From Prevotella sp. (GTDB lineage: Bacteria; Bacteroidota; Bacteroidia; Bacteroidales; Dysgonomonadaceae): a DNA stretch of 64,000 nt. The position numbers were made by a program, and so were the translations under genes. Under the pieces are notes generated by a model. That model searched no databases and had not been told where the DNA came from. It saw only the letters and a list, made by a program, of their open reading frames with translations. The DNA lies in the NCBI GenBank assembly GCA_031285625.1, contig JAITVV010000092.1, forward strand, positions 32,001-96,000, given 5' to 3'. Positions 1 through 10,600 of this stretch are shown in pieces; the first letter of the stretch is position 1; the number at the start of each line of letters is the position of its first letter.

Positions 1-1460
1 GCAGTATTATCGGCCGAATTTTCAATTGGTTACTTGTTCCGTTGCATACATATATATTTACAGATACCGTAGAATACGGTAAAGTAAGCTATATATACGG
101 ATATACAGCCTTGTTTATGGTACTACTCACCTATGGTATGGAAACGGGCTTTTTCCGTTTCATGAATAAGAAAGACGAAAACCCCGATAAAGTTTATGCG
201 ACTTCCCTCATTTCATTAGGTACCACATCTCTCCTATTTATATTATTTTGCTTTAGTTTTATTACTCCCATATCGTCATGGATGGAATATACAGAGCATC
301 CAGAACACATATGGATGATGGCTATAGTAGTTGCTCTAGACGCCTTTATGACAATCCCGTTCGCTTACTTGCGATACAAAAAGAGACCTATACGTTTTGC
401 CTCACTAAAACTCGTATTTATAGGTCTTAATATATTCTTCAATTTGTTATTCCTAGTGGTCTGCCCTTGGGTATACAAATCATATCCCGATTTTGTATTG
501 AATAAGTTCTATCATCCTGATATCGGAATCGGATATATCTTCTTGGCTAACTTACTTTCAACATTGGTACTCCTTCTGTTATTGATTCCTAATACAATGA
601 GGGGACTGAAATTTCAATTTGACAATAAACTGTTGAGGAGAATATTAAAGTACTCTTTCCCTTTGCTTATTTTAGGACTGGCGGGGGTAATTAACCAGAC
701 AGTTGCCCAATTGACTTATAAGTATCTATATCCAACGCCGGAAGAAGCATTCAGTCAACTTGGTATTTATCAGGCCTGCCTCAAAATCACCGTAATTATA
801 ACGATGTTTACACAGGCATTCCGTTACGCTTACGAACCGTTCTTCTTCAATAAAAACAAGGAAGATGGCAGCACAAAGCCATATGCAGATGCGATGAAAT
901 ATTTTATCATTTTTGCATTATTGGTTTTCTTAGGCGTCGTTTTCTATCTGGATATACTGAAATATATCATCAGTGAAAATTATACAGTAGGCACCATAAT
1001 AGTACCAATAGCAATGCTGGGAGAAATATTCTTCGGTATATATTTCAACCTGTCTGTATGGTACAAGTTAACAGATAAAACAAAATACGGGGCTTATTTC
1101 TCTGTCTTCGGTTGCTTCCTGCAGGTTGCAATCAATATAATCTTTGTTCCTATCTACGGATATATAGCTAGCGCGTGGGCTACCTTCTTCTGCAATCTGA
1201 TTATAATGACAATATCATACTTTATAGGACAAAAATACTTCCCTATAAAATATGACTTGAAAAATATACTCTTCTATTTCATACTAGCCATTGTATTCTA
1301 TATTGCGGCTATGTACCCTCAAATAGACAATGAAGCTTTAAGGTTAGCTTACAGGACTGTATTCCTTGTTATCTTTACAGCAATTATAATAAAGAGAGAC
1401 CTGCCATTGAAAGAAATGCCGGTAATAGGTAAATATTTTGGCAACTCTAAAAAGAAATAA
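1..1460 (+). CDS. Polysaccharide biosynthesis flippase (Wzx/MOP family), 5'-truncated by the window
   Basis: The frame is open from position 3 (SIIGRIFNWLLVPLHT...). Many TM helices, with LTYGMETGFFRF and QAFRYAYEPFFF motifs typical of Bacteroidetes flippases. Confidence 0.85.
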   Translation, partial: SIIGRIFNWLLVPLHTYIFTDTVEYGKVSYIYGYTALFMVLLTYGMETGFFRFMNKKDENPDKVYATSLISLGTTSLLFILFCFSFITPISSWMEYTEHPEHIWMMAIVVALDAFMTIPFAYLRYKKRPIRFASLKLVFIGLNIFFNLLFLVVCPWVYKSYPDFVLNKFYHPDIGIGYIFLANLLSTLVLLLLLIPNTMRGLKFQFDNKLLRRILKYSFPLLILGLAGVINQTVAQLTYKYLYPTPEEAFSQLGIYQACLKITVIITMFTQAFRYAYEPFFFNKNKEDGSTKPYADAMKYFIIFALLVFLGVVFYLDILKYIISENYTVGTIIVPIAMLGEIFFGIYFNLSVWYKLTDKTKYGAYFSVFGCFLQVAINIIFVPIYGYIASAWATFFCNLIIMTISYFIGQKYFPIKYDLKNILFYFILAIVFYIAAMYPQIDNEALRLAYRTVFLVIFTAIIIKRDLPLKEMPVIGKYFGNSKKK

Positions 1461-1483
1461 TCCAACAATTAATAACTAAAACA

Positions 1484-3619
1484 ATGAGAAAACTATTTTT
1501 ATTATTAGCCGTTTTCCTCACCGTCATGGGAGCAAAAGCCGATGAAGGTATGTGGCTGCTAAAAGAATTGAATAAACAAAGTATGGCCCGTATGAAAGAA
1601 CTGGGCTTTAAATTTCCGACAGACAGTATATATAGTGAGACCAACCCTTCACTAAAAGATGCAGTTGTTATTTTCGGAGGAGGTTGTACAGGTGTTGCAG
1701 TATCCAGCCAAGGTCTGATCTTCACCAACCACCACTGTGGCTACGGTGCTATCCAGAAACTAAGTTCGGTTGAACATGACTACCTCAAGGATGGCTTTGT
1801 AAGTCAGACTTTCCAAGAAGAACTTCCAGCCGAAGGTCTTACTGTTTCTTTCCTACAAAAGACAGAAGATATTACCGATTTTGTAACCTCTACAATTCTA
1901 GCCGATGACAGTGAAGAGGTTCGTGGTGAAAAGATAGATTCTTTATCTGAAGTATATCTGGAACAATATAAAGGGAACAGCTTCCTTAGAGCACAAGTTA
2001 TCCCTTTCTACTCCCACAACAAATACTATGCTGTAATCTACGAAGTATTCAAAGATGTAAGACTTGTTTTTACACCACCATCTTCTGTAGGTAAATTTGG
2101 AGGAGAAACTGACAACTGGATGTGGCCGCGTCATACAGGGGATTTCTCAGTATTCCGTGTATATGCCAACAAAGATAATAGTGCTGCCAACTACAGCCCC
2201 GATAATGTGCCTTACCAACCTAAATATTCAGTACCTGTTTCGCTAAAAGGGTATCAGGAAAAAGATTATGCTATGACTATCGGTTATCCAGGTAGTACAG
2301 AACGCTATATGACATCATGGGGTATCAACCAGATGGTGGAATCTGAACATAAACCTCGTATTGAAGTACGCGGTGCTAAGCAAGATGTATGGAAAAAAGA
2401 TATGAATGCCAGCGATGCAATCCGTATCAAATACGCATCTAAGTATGCCGGAAGTTCAAACTACTGGAAAAATGCTATGGGTATGAATGAAGCAATTGCA
2501 AAACTGGGTGTGATCAAAGATAAAGAACAACTGGAAGATCAATTTGCGAAATGGGCATCATCCAAACCGGCTATCAAAGCAAAATATGGAGAAACGTTAT
2601 CTTTACTGAAAGATGGTTATACTGCTACAATGGATGTAGCCAAAGTACAAACTTATTTGTTTGAGACATTCTACAATGGTGTAGAAGTTACCCGTTTTGC
2701 AAATACAGCTGTATTTATCAACAAAATGGAGGATAAAACAGCTGAAGATAAAGCAAGCGATCTAAGACGAAGATTGGAATCTCTTTATAAAGATTATGAA
2801 CCGACACTAGACCGTAAAGTTATGCCTGCACTATTGAAGATATATGCAGAAAGAGTTCCGGCTGAATATCTACCTTCTTTTTATAGTACCATAGCCGATG
2901 AATTTGGAGGCGACTATGACAAATATGCTGAATGGTTCTATAACAATACTAAATTTACAAATCTTGATGCAGCTATTGCACTGATAGGCAGTGAGGATCA
3001 GGAGGCTATAAGTAATGATCCTGCTATTGCTTTTGCAAGGTCTATCGAGCCATGCCTGAATAAACTACGTGAGTCATTTGCACCTTACTATCCGCAGATT
3101 GATAAGGGTAGCCGCTTGTTCATGGCTGGACTAATGGAGATGGAACCAAGCAAGACGTTCTATCCTGATGCTAACTTCACTCAGCGTTTGAGTTATGGCT
3201 CTATTGGGGGTTATAAACCTGCTGATGCTGTTATTTATGATTATTACAGTACATCTAAAGGTATATTGGATAAACAAGTACCTAACGATCCTGAATTTAA
3301 TGTACAACAGTATATTTTGGATGATCTTGCAGGAGGAGACTTTGGTGAATATGCAAACAAATCTGATGGTAAGATGTATGTAAACTTCTTATCGAACAAT
3401 GATATTACAGGAGGTAATTCAGGTAGTCCTGTATTCAATGGCAATGCACAATTGATAGGTCTTGCTTTTGATGGTAACTGGGAATCGCTGAGTGGTGATA
3501 TCCTGTTCGAACCAGACTTACAACGTATGATCAGTGTAGATATCCGTTATGTATTGTATACAATAGATAAGGTAATGAAATGCCCTCGATTAATTAAGGA
3601 ATTGAAAATTGTAAAATAA
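1484..3619 (+). CDS. dpp7: S46 family dipeptidyl peptidase, DPP7-type
   Basis: Signal peptide followed by DEGMWL, TNHHC and the catalytic TGGNSGSPVF motif. AFDGNWE has Gly at the S1 position (DPP7-like) rather than Arg (DPP11). Confidence 0.88.
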   Translation: MRKLFLLLAVFLTVMGAKADEGMWLLKELNKQSMARMKELGFKFPTDSIYSETNPSLKDAVVIFGGGCTGVAVSSQGLIFTNHHCGYGAIQKLSSVEHDYLKDGFVSQTFQEELPAEGLTVSFLQKTEDITDFVTSTILADDSEEVRGEKIDSLSEVYLEQYKGNSFLRAQVIPFYSHNKYYAVIYEVFKDVRLVFTPPSSVGKFGGETDNWMWPRHTGDFSVFRVYANKDNSAANYSPDNVPYQPKYSVPVSLKGYQEKDYAMTIGYPGSTERYMTSWGINQMVESEHKPRIEVRGAKQDVWKKDMNASDAIRIKYASKYAGSSNYWKNAMGMNEAIAKLGVIKDKEQLEDQFAKWASSKPAIKAKYGETLSLLKDGYTATMDVAKVQTYLFETFYNGVEVTRFANTAVFINKMEDKTAEDKASDLRRRLESLYKDYEPTLDRKVMPALLKIYAERVPAEYLPSFYSTIADEFGGDYDKYAEWFYNNTKFTNLDAAIALIGSEDQEAISNDPAIAFARSIEPCLNKLRESFAPYYPQIDKGSRLFMAGLMEMEPSKTFYPDANFTQRLSYGSIGGYKPADAVIYDYYSTSKGILDKQVPNDPEFNVQQYILDDLAGGDFGEYANKSDGKMYVNFLSNNDITGGNSGSPVFNGNAQLIGLAFDGNWESLSGDILFEPDLQRMISVDIRYVLYTIDKVMKCPRLIKELKIVK

Positions 3620-3620
3620 G

Positions 3621-3659
3621 AAAAATAAGGCTGCACACAGTGTGCAGCTTTTATTTTTT
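3621..3659. terminator. Bidirectional intrinsic terminator
   Basis: ctgcaca-cag-tgtgcag hairpin flanked by A and T tracts, between convergent genes. Confidence 0.8.
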
Positions 3660-3671
3660 ACATTAAATAAA

Positions 3672-4124
3672 TCAGAAATATAAATACCAAAAGAGAATTA
3701 TTGCAATAAGCAATAAAGATAGGATGGTAACTCCAATATAAAAAAACTCTAATATTTTCGTATGACTATGCTCTTCCCTCTTTTGATGAAGCGTTGAAAA
3801 TAACATAGCATCTTCATCAATATTATCCAATATTTTCTCTTCTATCTTCCTCATCACTTCACTACAAGCTCCAAATAACTCTTTAATTCTTTTATCGATA
3901 AAATAGAATAAAATGGATATAGCAGTAATAATCAGTAGTATTGAGATCGAAAAGATAATTTTTCCACTATCAAACATCTCAAAAAACAACCTAAGAAGAA
4001 AATATATTGCAACGACATAACCAGCAAATGAAATTTGCCTCCAATTAAGATAATACTTGTGGTGCTCACAAGCTTGCTTATATAACATCTTCAAATTCTC
4101 TATTCTATCTTTAGAATCTTCCAT
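3672..4124 (-). CDS. Hypothetical small membrane protein (about 3 TM)
   Basis: 150-aa ATG ORF with three hydrophobic segments, very AT-rich. Confidence 0.7.
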   Translation of the reverse strand: MEDSKDRIENLKMLYKQACEHHKYYLNWRQISFAGYVVAIYFLLRLFFEMFDSGKIIFSISILLIITAISILFYFIDKRIKELFGACSEVMRKIEEKILDNIDEDAMLFSTLHQKREEHSHTKILEFFYIGVTILSLLLIAIILFWYLYF

Positions 4125-4191
4125 AATTTAGATTAGTTACTGTTTTGAAACATAAGGTTAAGCTGTATCACACAATTATTATATCGGAAAT

Positions 4192-5523
4192 TTATATCAA
4201 CCCCCTTGCCTTAAATTCAAGATATTTATTTATAGAATCTATCGTAAGGTTTTCCGGCTTGGACAAAATAGTATAGATACCATATCTATTTAGTTCTTTT
4301 ACAATCAGATATTTATCATTCCATAACTTCTCAGCCATACCTTTTCTAAATGTTTCTTCCAGGTTGGTAGGTGGTGTTTCCAATACTTCATTAAATTCCG
4401 AATTAAGGAAGAAGCAAACCAATACTAAATGATCCTTTGCCATATGGCTCAGATACTTTAGCTGACGACGCATACCATTCACCGTTTCAAAGTTAGTATA
4501 TAAAATAATCAGGCTTCTTTGAGACAGCTTGCGACGTACAGTAGCATATAAACGCTCATAATCGGATTCTTTAAAATCTGTTTTCTGAGCATATAAAGTT
4601 TCAAGTATTTTATTACGTTGGCGTCGTTGTTTATCGGCCGGGAGGATTTCGTCTATATCTTTAGAGAAAGTGATCAATCCGGCTTTATCACCTTTATTTA
4701 GTGCTGTACTACATACCATCAAAGTCGAATTGATCGCATAGTCCAACAAGGTCATTTCATTGAAAGGCATTTTCATTGTACGCCCTTTATCAATAAGACA
4801 ATATACAGGCTGAGACTTTTCTTCCTGATATGTATTCACCATTAATTGATTCATACGGGCAGTTGCCTTATAATTGATCGTACGGGGATCATCTCCCATC
4901 ACATAATGTTTTATATGATCAAACTCTGTGGCATGCCCTATCCGTCTTATTTTCTTCACCCCATAGTCCGTCAATCGGTGCGATGCAGCCAATAGTTCGT
5001 ACTTATGCATCTCGATAAAGGACGGGTATACGGCAATATCTTTTCCTTCATCAAAAATATAACGTCTGGTTACCAGACCAAATAGTCCGCTCGCATAAAT
5101 ATTTACAGCGCCGAATTTATAAACTCCACGCTCGGTAGGACGAAGGTCATAATACAAAGTTTCAGAACTATTTACTCCTAAAGAGGTTTTAAACATCAAA
5201 TTCCTCTTTTGAAACTGGAAAGGGACTTCTTCTATGATTTTTATACCTGCTCTGAATGGATACTTATTTGTAATAGATAACGATATGGTATTCATATCCC
5301 CATTCGATAATCTTTCAGGGCAATTACGGGATGCAATTATGCCTTTCGACTGCCTGAATAGAGTGAACATATCAAGCAAAAGAAAAACTCCTACTACACC
5401 CAATATGATGAGCATAATAAAAAAGAAATTATCGAAAATAAAGCATGCAAAAAGCCCCAGCACACATACAATGAGTGCAATAAAGAAACGATCTGAAAGA
5501 TATAAGCTCTTAAAGAAACGCAT
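4192..5523 (-). CDS. DUF58 domain protein (MoxR partner)
   Basis: EFDHIKHYVMGDDPRTINYKATAR and DKGRTM motifs. The likely ATG at 5523 overlaps the MoxR stop (TAATG). Confidence 0.88.
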   Translation of the reverse strand: MRFFKSLYLSDRFFIALIVCVLGLFACFIFDNFFFIMLIILGVVGVFLLLDMFTLFRQSKGIIASRNCPERLSNGDMNTISLSITNKYPFRAGIKIIEEVPFQFQKRNLMFKTSLGVNSSETLYYDLRPTERGVYKFGAVNIYASGLFGLVTRRYIFDEGKDIAVYPSFIEMHKYELLAASHRLTDYGVKKIRRIGHATEFDHIKHYVMGDDPRTINYKATARMNQLMVNTYQEEKSQPVYCLIDKGRTMKMPFNEMTLLDYAINSTLMVCSTALNKGDKAGLITFSKDIDEILPADKQRRQRNKILETLYAQKTDFKESDYERLYATVRRKLSQRSLIILYTNFETVNGMRRQLKYLSHMAKDHLVLVCFFLNSEFNEVLETPPTNLEETFRKGMAEKLWNDKYLIVKELNRYGIYTILSKPENLTIDSINKYLEFKARGLI

Positions 5524-6497
5524 TACCGGGGAACCTCCGCTTTGTCTATTAGCTGACATATAATTGTATCGGTAGATGTGCCATCCATCTCCTTTTCGGG
5601 TGTTAATAATATCCTGTGTCTAAGTACTGGCACAGCCACTTCTTTAATATCATCAGGCGTTATAAAATCACGTCCTCTGATAGCAGCTAATGCCTTCGAA
5701 GAGTTTAATATAGCCAAAGATGCACGCGGTGACGCTCCTAATGTAATCCATGGGCTTTGACGTGTTGCAGCTACAATCTGAGCAATATATTCAAGCAATT
5801 GGTGTTCTACCTGAACCTTCTCTACTGCCAGACGCAAGCTGTTTAGTTTTTCGGCTGTCAATACAGGTCGTATACCGATTTCAGCAGACAATTCACCTCT
5901 GTTTTGTCGATCAAGTATATTGATTTCATCAACAATATTGGGGTAGTCAACAACAATTTTGAATAAGAAACGGTCTAATTGTGCCTCAGGCAGACGATAG
6001 GTCCCCTCCTGCTCTATCGGATTCTGGGTTGCCATAACAAGAAACGGATAACTCATCTTATAAGTAACACCATCATTTGTTACCTGACGTTCTTCCATCA
6101 CTTCGAAAAGTGCTGCCTGAGTTTTTGCAGGAGAGCGGTTTATTTCATCGATAAGCACTATATTAGAGAATATAGGGCCTTTCTTAAATTCGAATTTTCC
6201 AGATCCCGGAAGGAATACACTTGTACCCAATACGTCGGAGGGCATAAGATCGGGAGTAAACTGGATACGGCTAAAAGCCACATCGACTGTCTTAGCCAAG
6301 AGCTTAGCAGATAAGGTTTTGGCAACTCCAGGAACACCTTCTACCAGAACATGTCCGTTTGCTAAAATAGCAATAATCATTTGTTCCACCAGCTGATGCT
6401 GTCCGACAACAACACGCCCTATTTCGCTTTTTATTTCCTGAACACTTTGGCTCAATTCGGAAAAATCTATTCTTGATTGAAATTCTAAATCTGACAT
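5523..6497 (-). CDS. moxR: MoxR family AAA+ ATPase
   Basis: EGVPGVAKT Walker A, RIQFTPDLMPSD, DEINR and ATQNPIEQEGTYRLPEAQLDRF. Confidence 0.95.
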   Translation of the reverse strand: MSDLEFQSRIDFSELSQSVQEIKSEIGRVVVGQHQLVEQMIIAILANGHVLVEGVPGVAKTLSAKLLAKTVDVAFSRIQFTPDLMPSDVLGTSVFLPGSGKFEFKKGPIFSNIVLIDEINRSPAKTQAALFEVMEERQVTNDGVTYKMSYPFLVMATQNPIEQEGTYRLPEAQLDRFLFKIVVDYPNIVDEINILDRQNRGELSAEIGIRPVLTAEKLNSLRLAVEKVQVEHQLLEYIAQIVAATRQSPWITLGASPRASLAILNSSKALAAIRGRDFITPDDIKEVAVPVLRHRILLTPEKEMDGTSTDTIICQLIDKAEVPR

Positions 6498-6508
6498 ATG
6501 TTCTGTTT

Positions 6509-7894
6509 TTATTTATTTTTCACGTTTCTATAAAACTCTTCCAGTAAATTATTATATTTCAGGAATATTTCGTTCGGCGCATATGGTAATATTATCAACT
6601 CCTGATATGCATCGAATAATTGTTTAAGTTTGGCCCTTTCCATTCCCGACTTCAGACTCAACACATTCAGAAACTCATCATCTATATTTTCGGTAGACAT
6701 GTAATAATTCTTTCTTATATAATCCAAAAAATAAGCATGACGCTTTTCTGCTATTGTTTTAAAATCTTTTTTCCTGTAATATAGATTACTGATCGTACTT
6801 AAAAATTCTAACGAGGAGTTTACAGGCGGATTTATAACAGGCACTATGCGTTGTGTCCGTTTTGCCCTAAATATAACAAACAGTAAAAGTCCGGCAAGGA
6901 TAATATACAGAGCTATACGCAATGGTTTGCTATTAAGCATTGCCCTGAATTCGCTGTCACTCTCTCCCATTGCACCCTGCTTCTGGTATTCATCCCATAT
7001 TACCTTACTATTCTTAGGCAGATATGATAGACTCCTGAATGCGAAATCATACTTTTCCGTTTGCAACATATTTACATTTACAAATGCAGTGGGAACCGTA
7101 TGAAGATAAAAATGTCCTTTCCCATATTGCACATCTACAAATACAGTGTCTCCTTTGTTATTTAAAGCCAATGGACGTACAGGTAAAAGACAGCTATCTG
7201 TATTCAATCGTGTTTGCCCATAAAGACTGCCAAAATCGTATTTCTTATTTGGAAAATCAACTAACGAATATATAGTGTCATTGGCAAAATATTCTCTTTT
7301 ACTCTTAATTTTTAATGTATCCATCAAACTAGAGGAGAATATTTCTGAAGCAATGAAAACATTATTACCCAATCCGACAAAATCAAGTAAATATTGTAGA
7401 TCAACTTTATCCAGAAGAAACTTAGAGTTGATAAAAATATACGATGTGGTATCTATCGAAGCCTCAATATCACGGTACCATGCAGTAGGATCTTCCTTGG
7501 TAATTGTATCCGAAATAAAAACCTCTTCTACAGGTATTGTATCTGATTTTATAGAATCTTCATCTTGATAATAATCGTAATAATCCCCATATGCTTCATA
7601 ATCTTTGTAATAACCTGAGCCATAAGAATCGTAATCTTCTTCATATGAGAAGTATTCCTCCATATCTTTTTTCAGATTATTATAGATCGGTCTGCGTGTA
7701 GAACGTATGTGCATTTTGTTGAATATATCACCCAACAATTCGTAAGTAATATACGTTCCGTACGGATCAGTTTTTGTATTATAAAAAGTAGGTTCCCAAC
7801 TTACACCTTTGGGACCTTTGCTGCTTGCATATGATAAACCGAACAGAAGGACGATAATCACAACAATCACTATTATTGTCTTTTTATCCTTCAT
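6509..7894 (-). CDS. DUF4350-type membrane protein of the MoxR cluster
   Basis: N-terminal TM, DPYGTY, and a C-terminal TM followed by KRTQRIVP...NSSLEF. Position in the operon fits. Confidence 0.75.
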   Translation of the reverse strand: MKDKKTIIVIVVIIVLLFGLSYASSKGPKGVSWEPTFYNTKTDPYGTYITYELLGDIFNKMHIRSTRRPIYNNLKKDMEEYFSYEEDYDSYGSGYYKDYEAYGDYYDYYQDEDSIKSDTIPVEEVFISDTITKEDPTAWYRDIEASIDTTSYIFINSKFLLDKVDLQYLLDFVGLGNNVFIASEIFSSSLMDTLKIKSKREYFANDTIYSLVDFPNKKYDFGSLYGQTRLNTDSCLLPVRPLALNNKGDTVFVDVQYGKGHFYLHTVPTAFVNVNMLQTEKYDFAFRSLSYLPKNSKVIWDEYQKQGAMGESDSEFRAMLNSKPLRIALYIILAGLLLFVIFRAKRTQRIVPVINPPVNSSLEFLSTISNLYYRKKDFKTIAEKRHAYFLDYIRKNYYMSTENIDDEFLNVLSLKSGMERAKLKQLFDAYQELIILPYAPNEIFLKYNNLLEEFYRNVKNK

Positions 7895-8624
7895 GTTTTA
7901 CCATATTATTAAATTCATCCATCCTGCGGTTAATTTCCGAAAACTGTGATTCATCAAGTACAAATTTTCCGTACCATACATAATCGAAGATAAGTGTCGC
8001 CTCCAGAAATTTATTTCGTAATGAATTATTCTTTATTTCATACTGATAACTATAGTTTGTTTTATTCGTACTCCAATCTATAATCTCCTTATCAGACATT
8101 AGCTTCAGGTTTTTCAAATACAGAAAACGTACAACCAAACGATAGTCCCTATTTTTTAAAGCATTCGATATCAATTCATCAAAGTTCATATTATGAACAT
8201 TCTCTGTATAAATGTCAATTTCCGGTGTATCCAGTTTTTTCTTACCCATCAAAGTCCGATAATCCACTCCGATCAATTTCATTATTATGAGGCATACTAC
8301 CAGGATAATAATAAGAACGACAACCACACTCAGCATGCCAGATCCGGCAGCAACACGGAAAAGGCCATTAATAAAATCAGACACAGCATACCAGAACTTA
8401 TCCCACCAGGACAAACTGCGCTCCACTTTTTTATACTGAAAACGTGAATCTTTTTGATATTCTTCTATCTTACTTTTCTCAGGAATACGAAAATCTACCT
8501 CTTTCTGAGCAACAGGCACAGACATTTTGCTAGGATCTGTTTGTGCAAAAACAGTTGAACAAAAACAGAATAAGAGCATCACAAGAATGCTCTTTACTGC
8601 AGATATATTTATTTTTCTTATCAC
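7884..8624 (-). CDS. DUF4129 domain membrane protein
   Basis: DYRLVVRFLYL, KTNYSY and FDYVWYG motifs. Confidence 0.75.
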   Translation of the reverse strand: MIRKINISAVKSILVMLLFCFCSTVFAQTDPSKMSVPVAQKEVDFRIPEKSKIEEYQKDSRFQYKKVERSLSWWDKFWYAVSDFINGLFRVAAGSGMLSVVVVLIIILVVCLIIMKLIGVDYRTLMGKKKLDTPEIDIYTENVHNMNFDELISNALKNRDYRLVVRFLYLKNLKLMSDKEIIDWSTNKTNYSYQYEIKNNSLRNKFLEATLIFDYVWYGKFVLDESQFSEINRRMDEFNNMVKHEG

Positions 8625-8639
8625 CCTAAATATAAAATA

Positions 8640-9524
8640 TTAGTACTGTGTATTCTGATCCGAATTATTTGTTGTACCAATCATATCTATCTCATCATAT
8701 GTACTTATTCCTTCCAGCTTATTCCTATAGCTGAAATAAATAACACCCAAAACAATACACATTATTGGATTAAGTAAAAAGCGTGCAACATAATTGATAG
8801 AATATGTAATATAAAGAAAGATATCACTGGTAAGGAAATCTATCTGGAAAATTGCGCCAACCATCGTTCCATAAACAGGCAATGTGAATATAAAACTTAC
8901 AGCGCCTATAATAAATGAAAAAACGAGCATGATACCCAGAGTTACCCACCAATTATGGTTTATCAGGTCAAAACTCCGTTGGAAAGTTTCCACAATTCCC
9001 CTTCTTTTCTCAACCAAGTATATATAGGAATATAAACAAAGATAAACCGCAGCAATAATACCCGGAATAAAACACAACATACTCCCTATGAATACTAAGA
9101 TAAAGTATATAATACCATACCCGAAAAGAGGTAGAGCCGATTGTTTTACTTTAGCCCAAACTTCTTCATTCTTTACAACACCATCTTCCGATTCAGCATA
9201 GAGTGCCATATAGCACATAGGATACAGATACATCAGATATGCTACTACAGATAAGATAATAAGGCCAACAAAGAATTTCCATGAAAAAATATAAAAAAAC
9301 ACTTCTTGTGGATCATCAAAAGCAGCCATTTCATTCATTCCACCCATAGTGGACATTCTCAATATATCTAAAAAGAAATATATAGCTACTAATAAGAAAG
9401 GGATGAATATTAATAAACCTTTTAATATCACTCCATAATTTTGTTTGATAAAGGATATCGAAGTATCAAAGTTTCCACTAAAATCACGACTCTGATATAA
9501 CCTGATCTTTTTCGGCTGTTCCAT
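8640..9524 (-). CDS. Hypothetical polytopic membrane protein of the MoxR/SpoIIM cluster
   Basis: About 6 TM helices with RSFDLINHNWW. Overlaps the SpoIIM gene. Confidence 0.75.
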   Translation of the reverse strand: MEQPKKIRLYQSRDFSGNFDTSISFIKQNYGVILKGLLIFIPFLLVAIYFFLDILRMSTMGGMNEMAAFDDPQEVFFYIFSWKFFVGLIILSVVAYLMYLYPMCYMALYAESEDGVVKNEEVWAKVKQSALPLFGYGIIYFILVFIGSMLCFIPGIIAAVYLCLYSYIYLVEKRRGIVETFQRSFDLINHNWWVTLGIMLVFSFIIGAVSFIFTLPVYGTMVGAIFQIDFLTSDIFLYITYSINYVARFLLNPIMCIVLGVIYFSYRNKLEGISTYDEIDMIGTTNNSDQNTQY

Positions 9525-10476
9525 TTAATTTTTTGTTTAAAGAATAAGGATAGTAAATAAAATACCATATAATAAATAAGGCCGACAAGCCTATTATTGC
9601 CAGATTAAAATAAACAGGCATCTCCGTTAAACGGGTGAGGTAACTTTCGATAAATGCTGCAATGAGGAATACAGGAACTAAAGCAACAACAATTTTTACT
9701 GCATCTTTAGCCGCATGTTGCAAAGAAACCATACGGCTGTATGTACCAGGAAAAAGCAAACTATTACCTAATAGCATACCTGCTCCACCTGCTATAATAA
9801 TTGCAGATATCTCGAGTGTACCATGCAGCCAGATAGAAATGGCAGATGAAAACAAAAGTCCCTTCTTGAAAAAGAAATACTGAAATACTCCTAACATGAC
9901 ACCATTAGAAAACATGATATAAACCGTAAACACTGAACCTAATACTCCCAATATGAATGCAAAGAACGCAACTTTTATGTTATTGGTGGATATAAAGAAA
10001 AACATCGGGGCTTCATCAGAACTTTTATATATTGCCATCGGATCACCACTCTCTATATTCTCAAGGGTTTGATTTACATAGCCTGGACCGAGAATAAGAC
10101 TGGCAAAACTAGAATCCTGCTCTAATGAGAATATACCCAAGAGAGCCCCTACAAACATAGCGATGAAAGAATAAAGCAAATATTTGCGACGCTTATACAC
10201 AATAAGAGGAATTTCTTCTTTCCAGAAGCGGAGAAAGCGGCCTTTCTCTTTTTTACGGTATTTGTAGATATTAATAAAATAGCGTCCCGCAAGCTGATTC
10301 AGGTATCTTACTGTTTGCGATTTTGGATAGAATGTACGGGCATAGGACAAATCATCGGTCAGTTCGATGAAATTATCCGCTAGTGTTTCAGCAGGGATGT
10401 CTCTCCCATTTGTTTCATTATCTATCTGCTGCCACTTATCCCGATTCTGTTTAACAAATGCGGCCTCTCTCATCAA
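9484..10476 (-). CDS. Stage II sporulation protein M (SpoIIM-like) membrane protein
   Basis: MREAAFVKQN, DDLSYARTFYP, NNIKVAF and HGTLEISAI motifs. Confidence 0.88.
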   Translation of the reverse strand: MMREAAFVKQNRDKWQQIDNETNGRDIPAETLADNFIELTDDLSYARTFYPKSQTVRYLNQLAGRYFINIYKYRKKEKGRFLRFWKEEIPLIVYKRRKYLLYSFIAMFVGALLGIFSLEQDSSFASLILGPGYVNQTLENIESGDPMAIYKSSDEAPMFFFISTNNIKVAFFAFILGVLGSVFTVYIMFSNGVMLGVFQYFFFKKGLLFSSAISIWLHGTLEISAIIIAGGAGMLLGNSLLFPGTYSRMVSLQHAAKDAVKIVVALVPVFLIAAFIESYLTRLTEMPVYFNLAIIGLSALFIIWYFIYYPYSLNKKLNGTAEKDQVISES

Positions 10477-10508
10477 GCTACAAGTTTGTATTTTTTAGAT
10501 TGTTTTGG

Positions 10509-10516
10509 CAAATATA
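10509..10516 (-). promoter_or_regulatory. Bacteroidetes sigma-A -7 element for the SpoIIM/MoxR operon
   Basis: TATATTTG on the minus strand (TAnnTTTG consensus), about 35 nt upstream of the start. Confidence 0.6.
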
Positions 10517-10569
10517 GTTCTTTGAGTAAAAAGAATGAAGGAAATAGGCTAATAATCGCACAAAAAAAT

Positions 10570-10577
10570 TAAATTTG
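10570..10577 (+). promoter_or_regulatory. Bacteroidetes -7 element for the RDD gene
   Basis: TAAATTTG. Confidence 0.6.
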
Positions 10578-10600
10578 TCCTTCATTTCTCATTTGTGATT

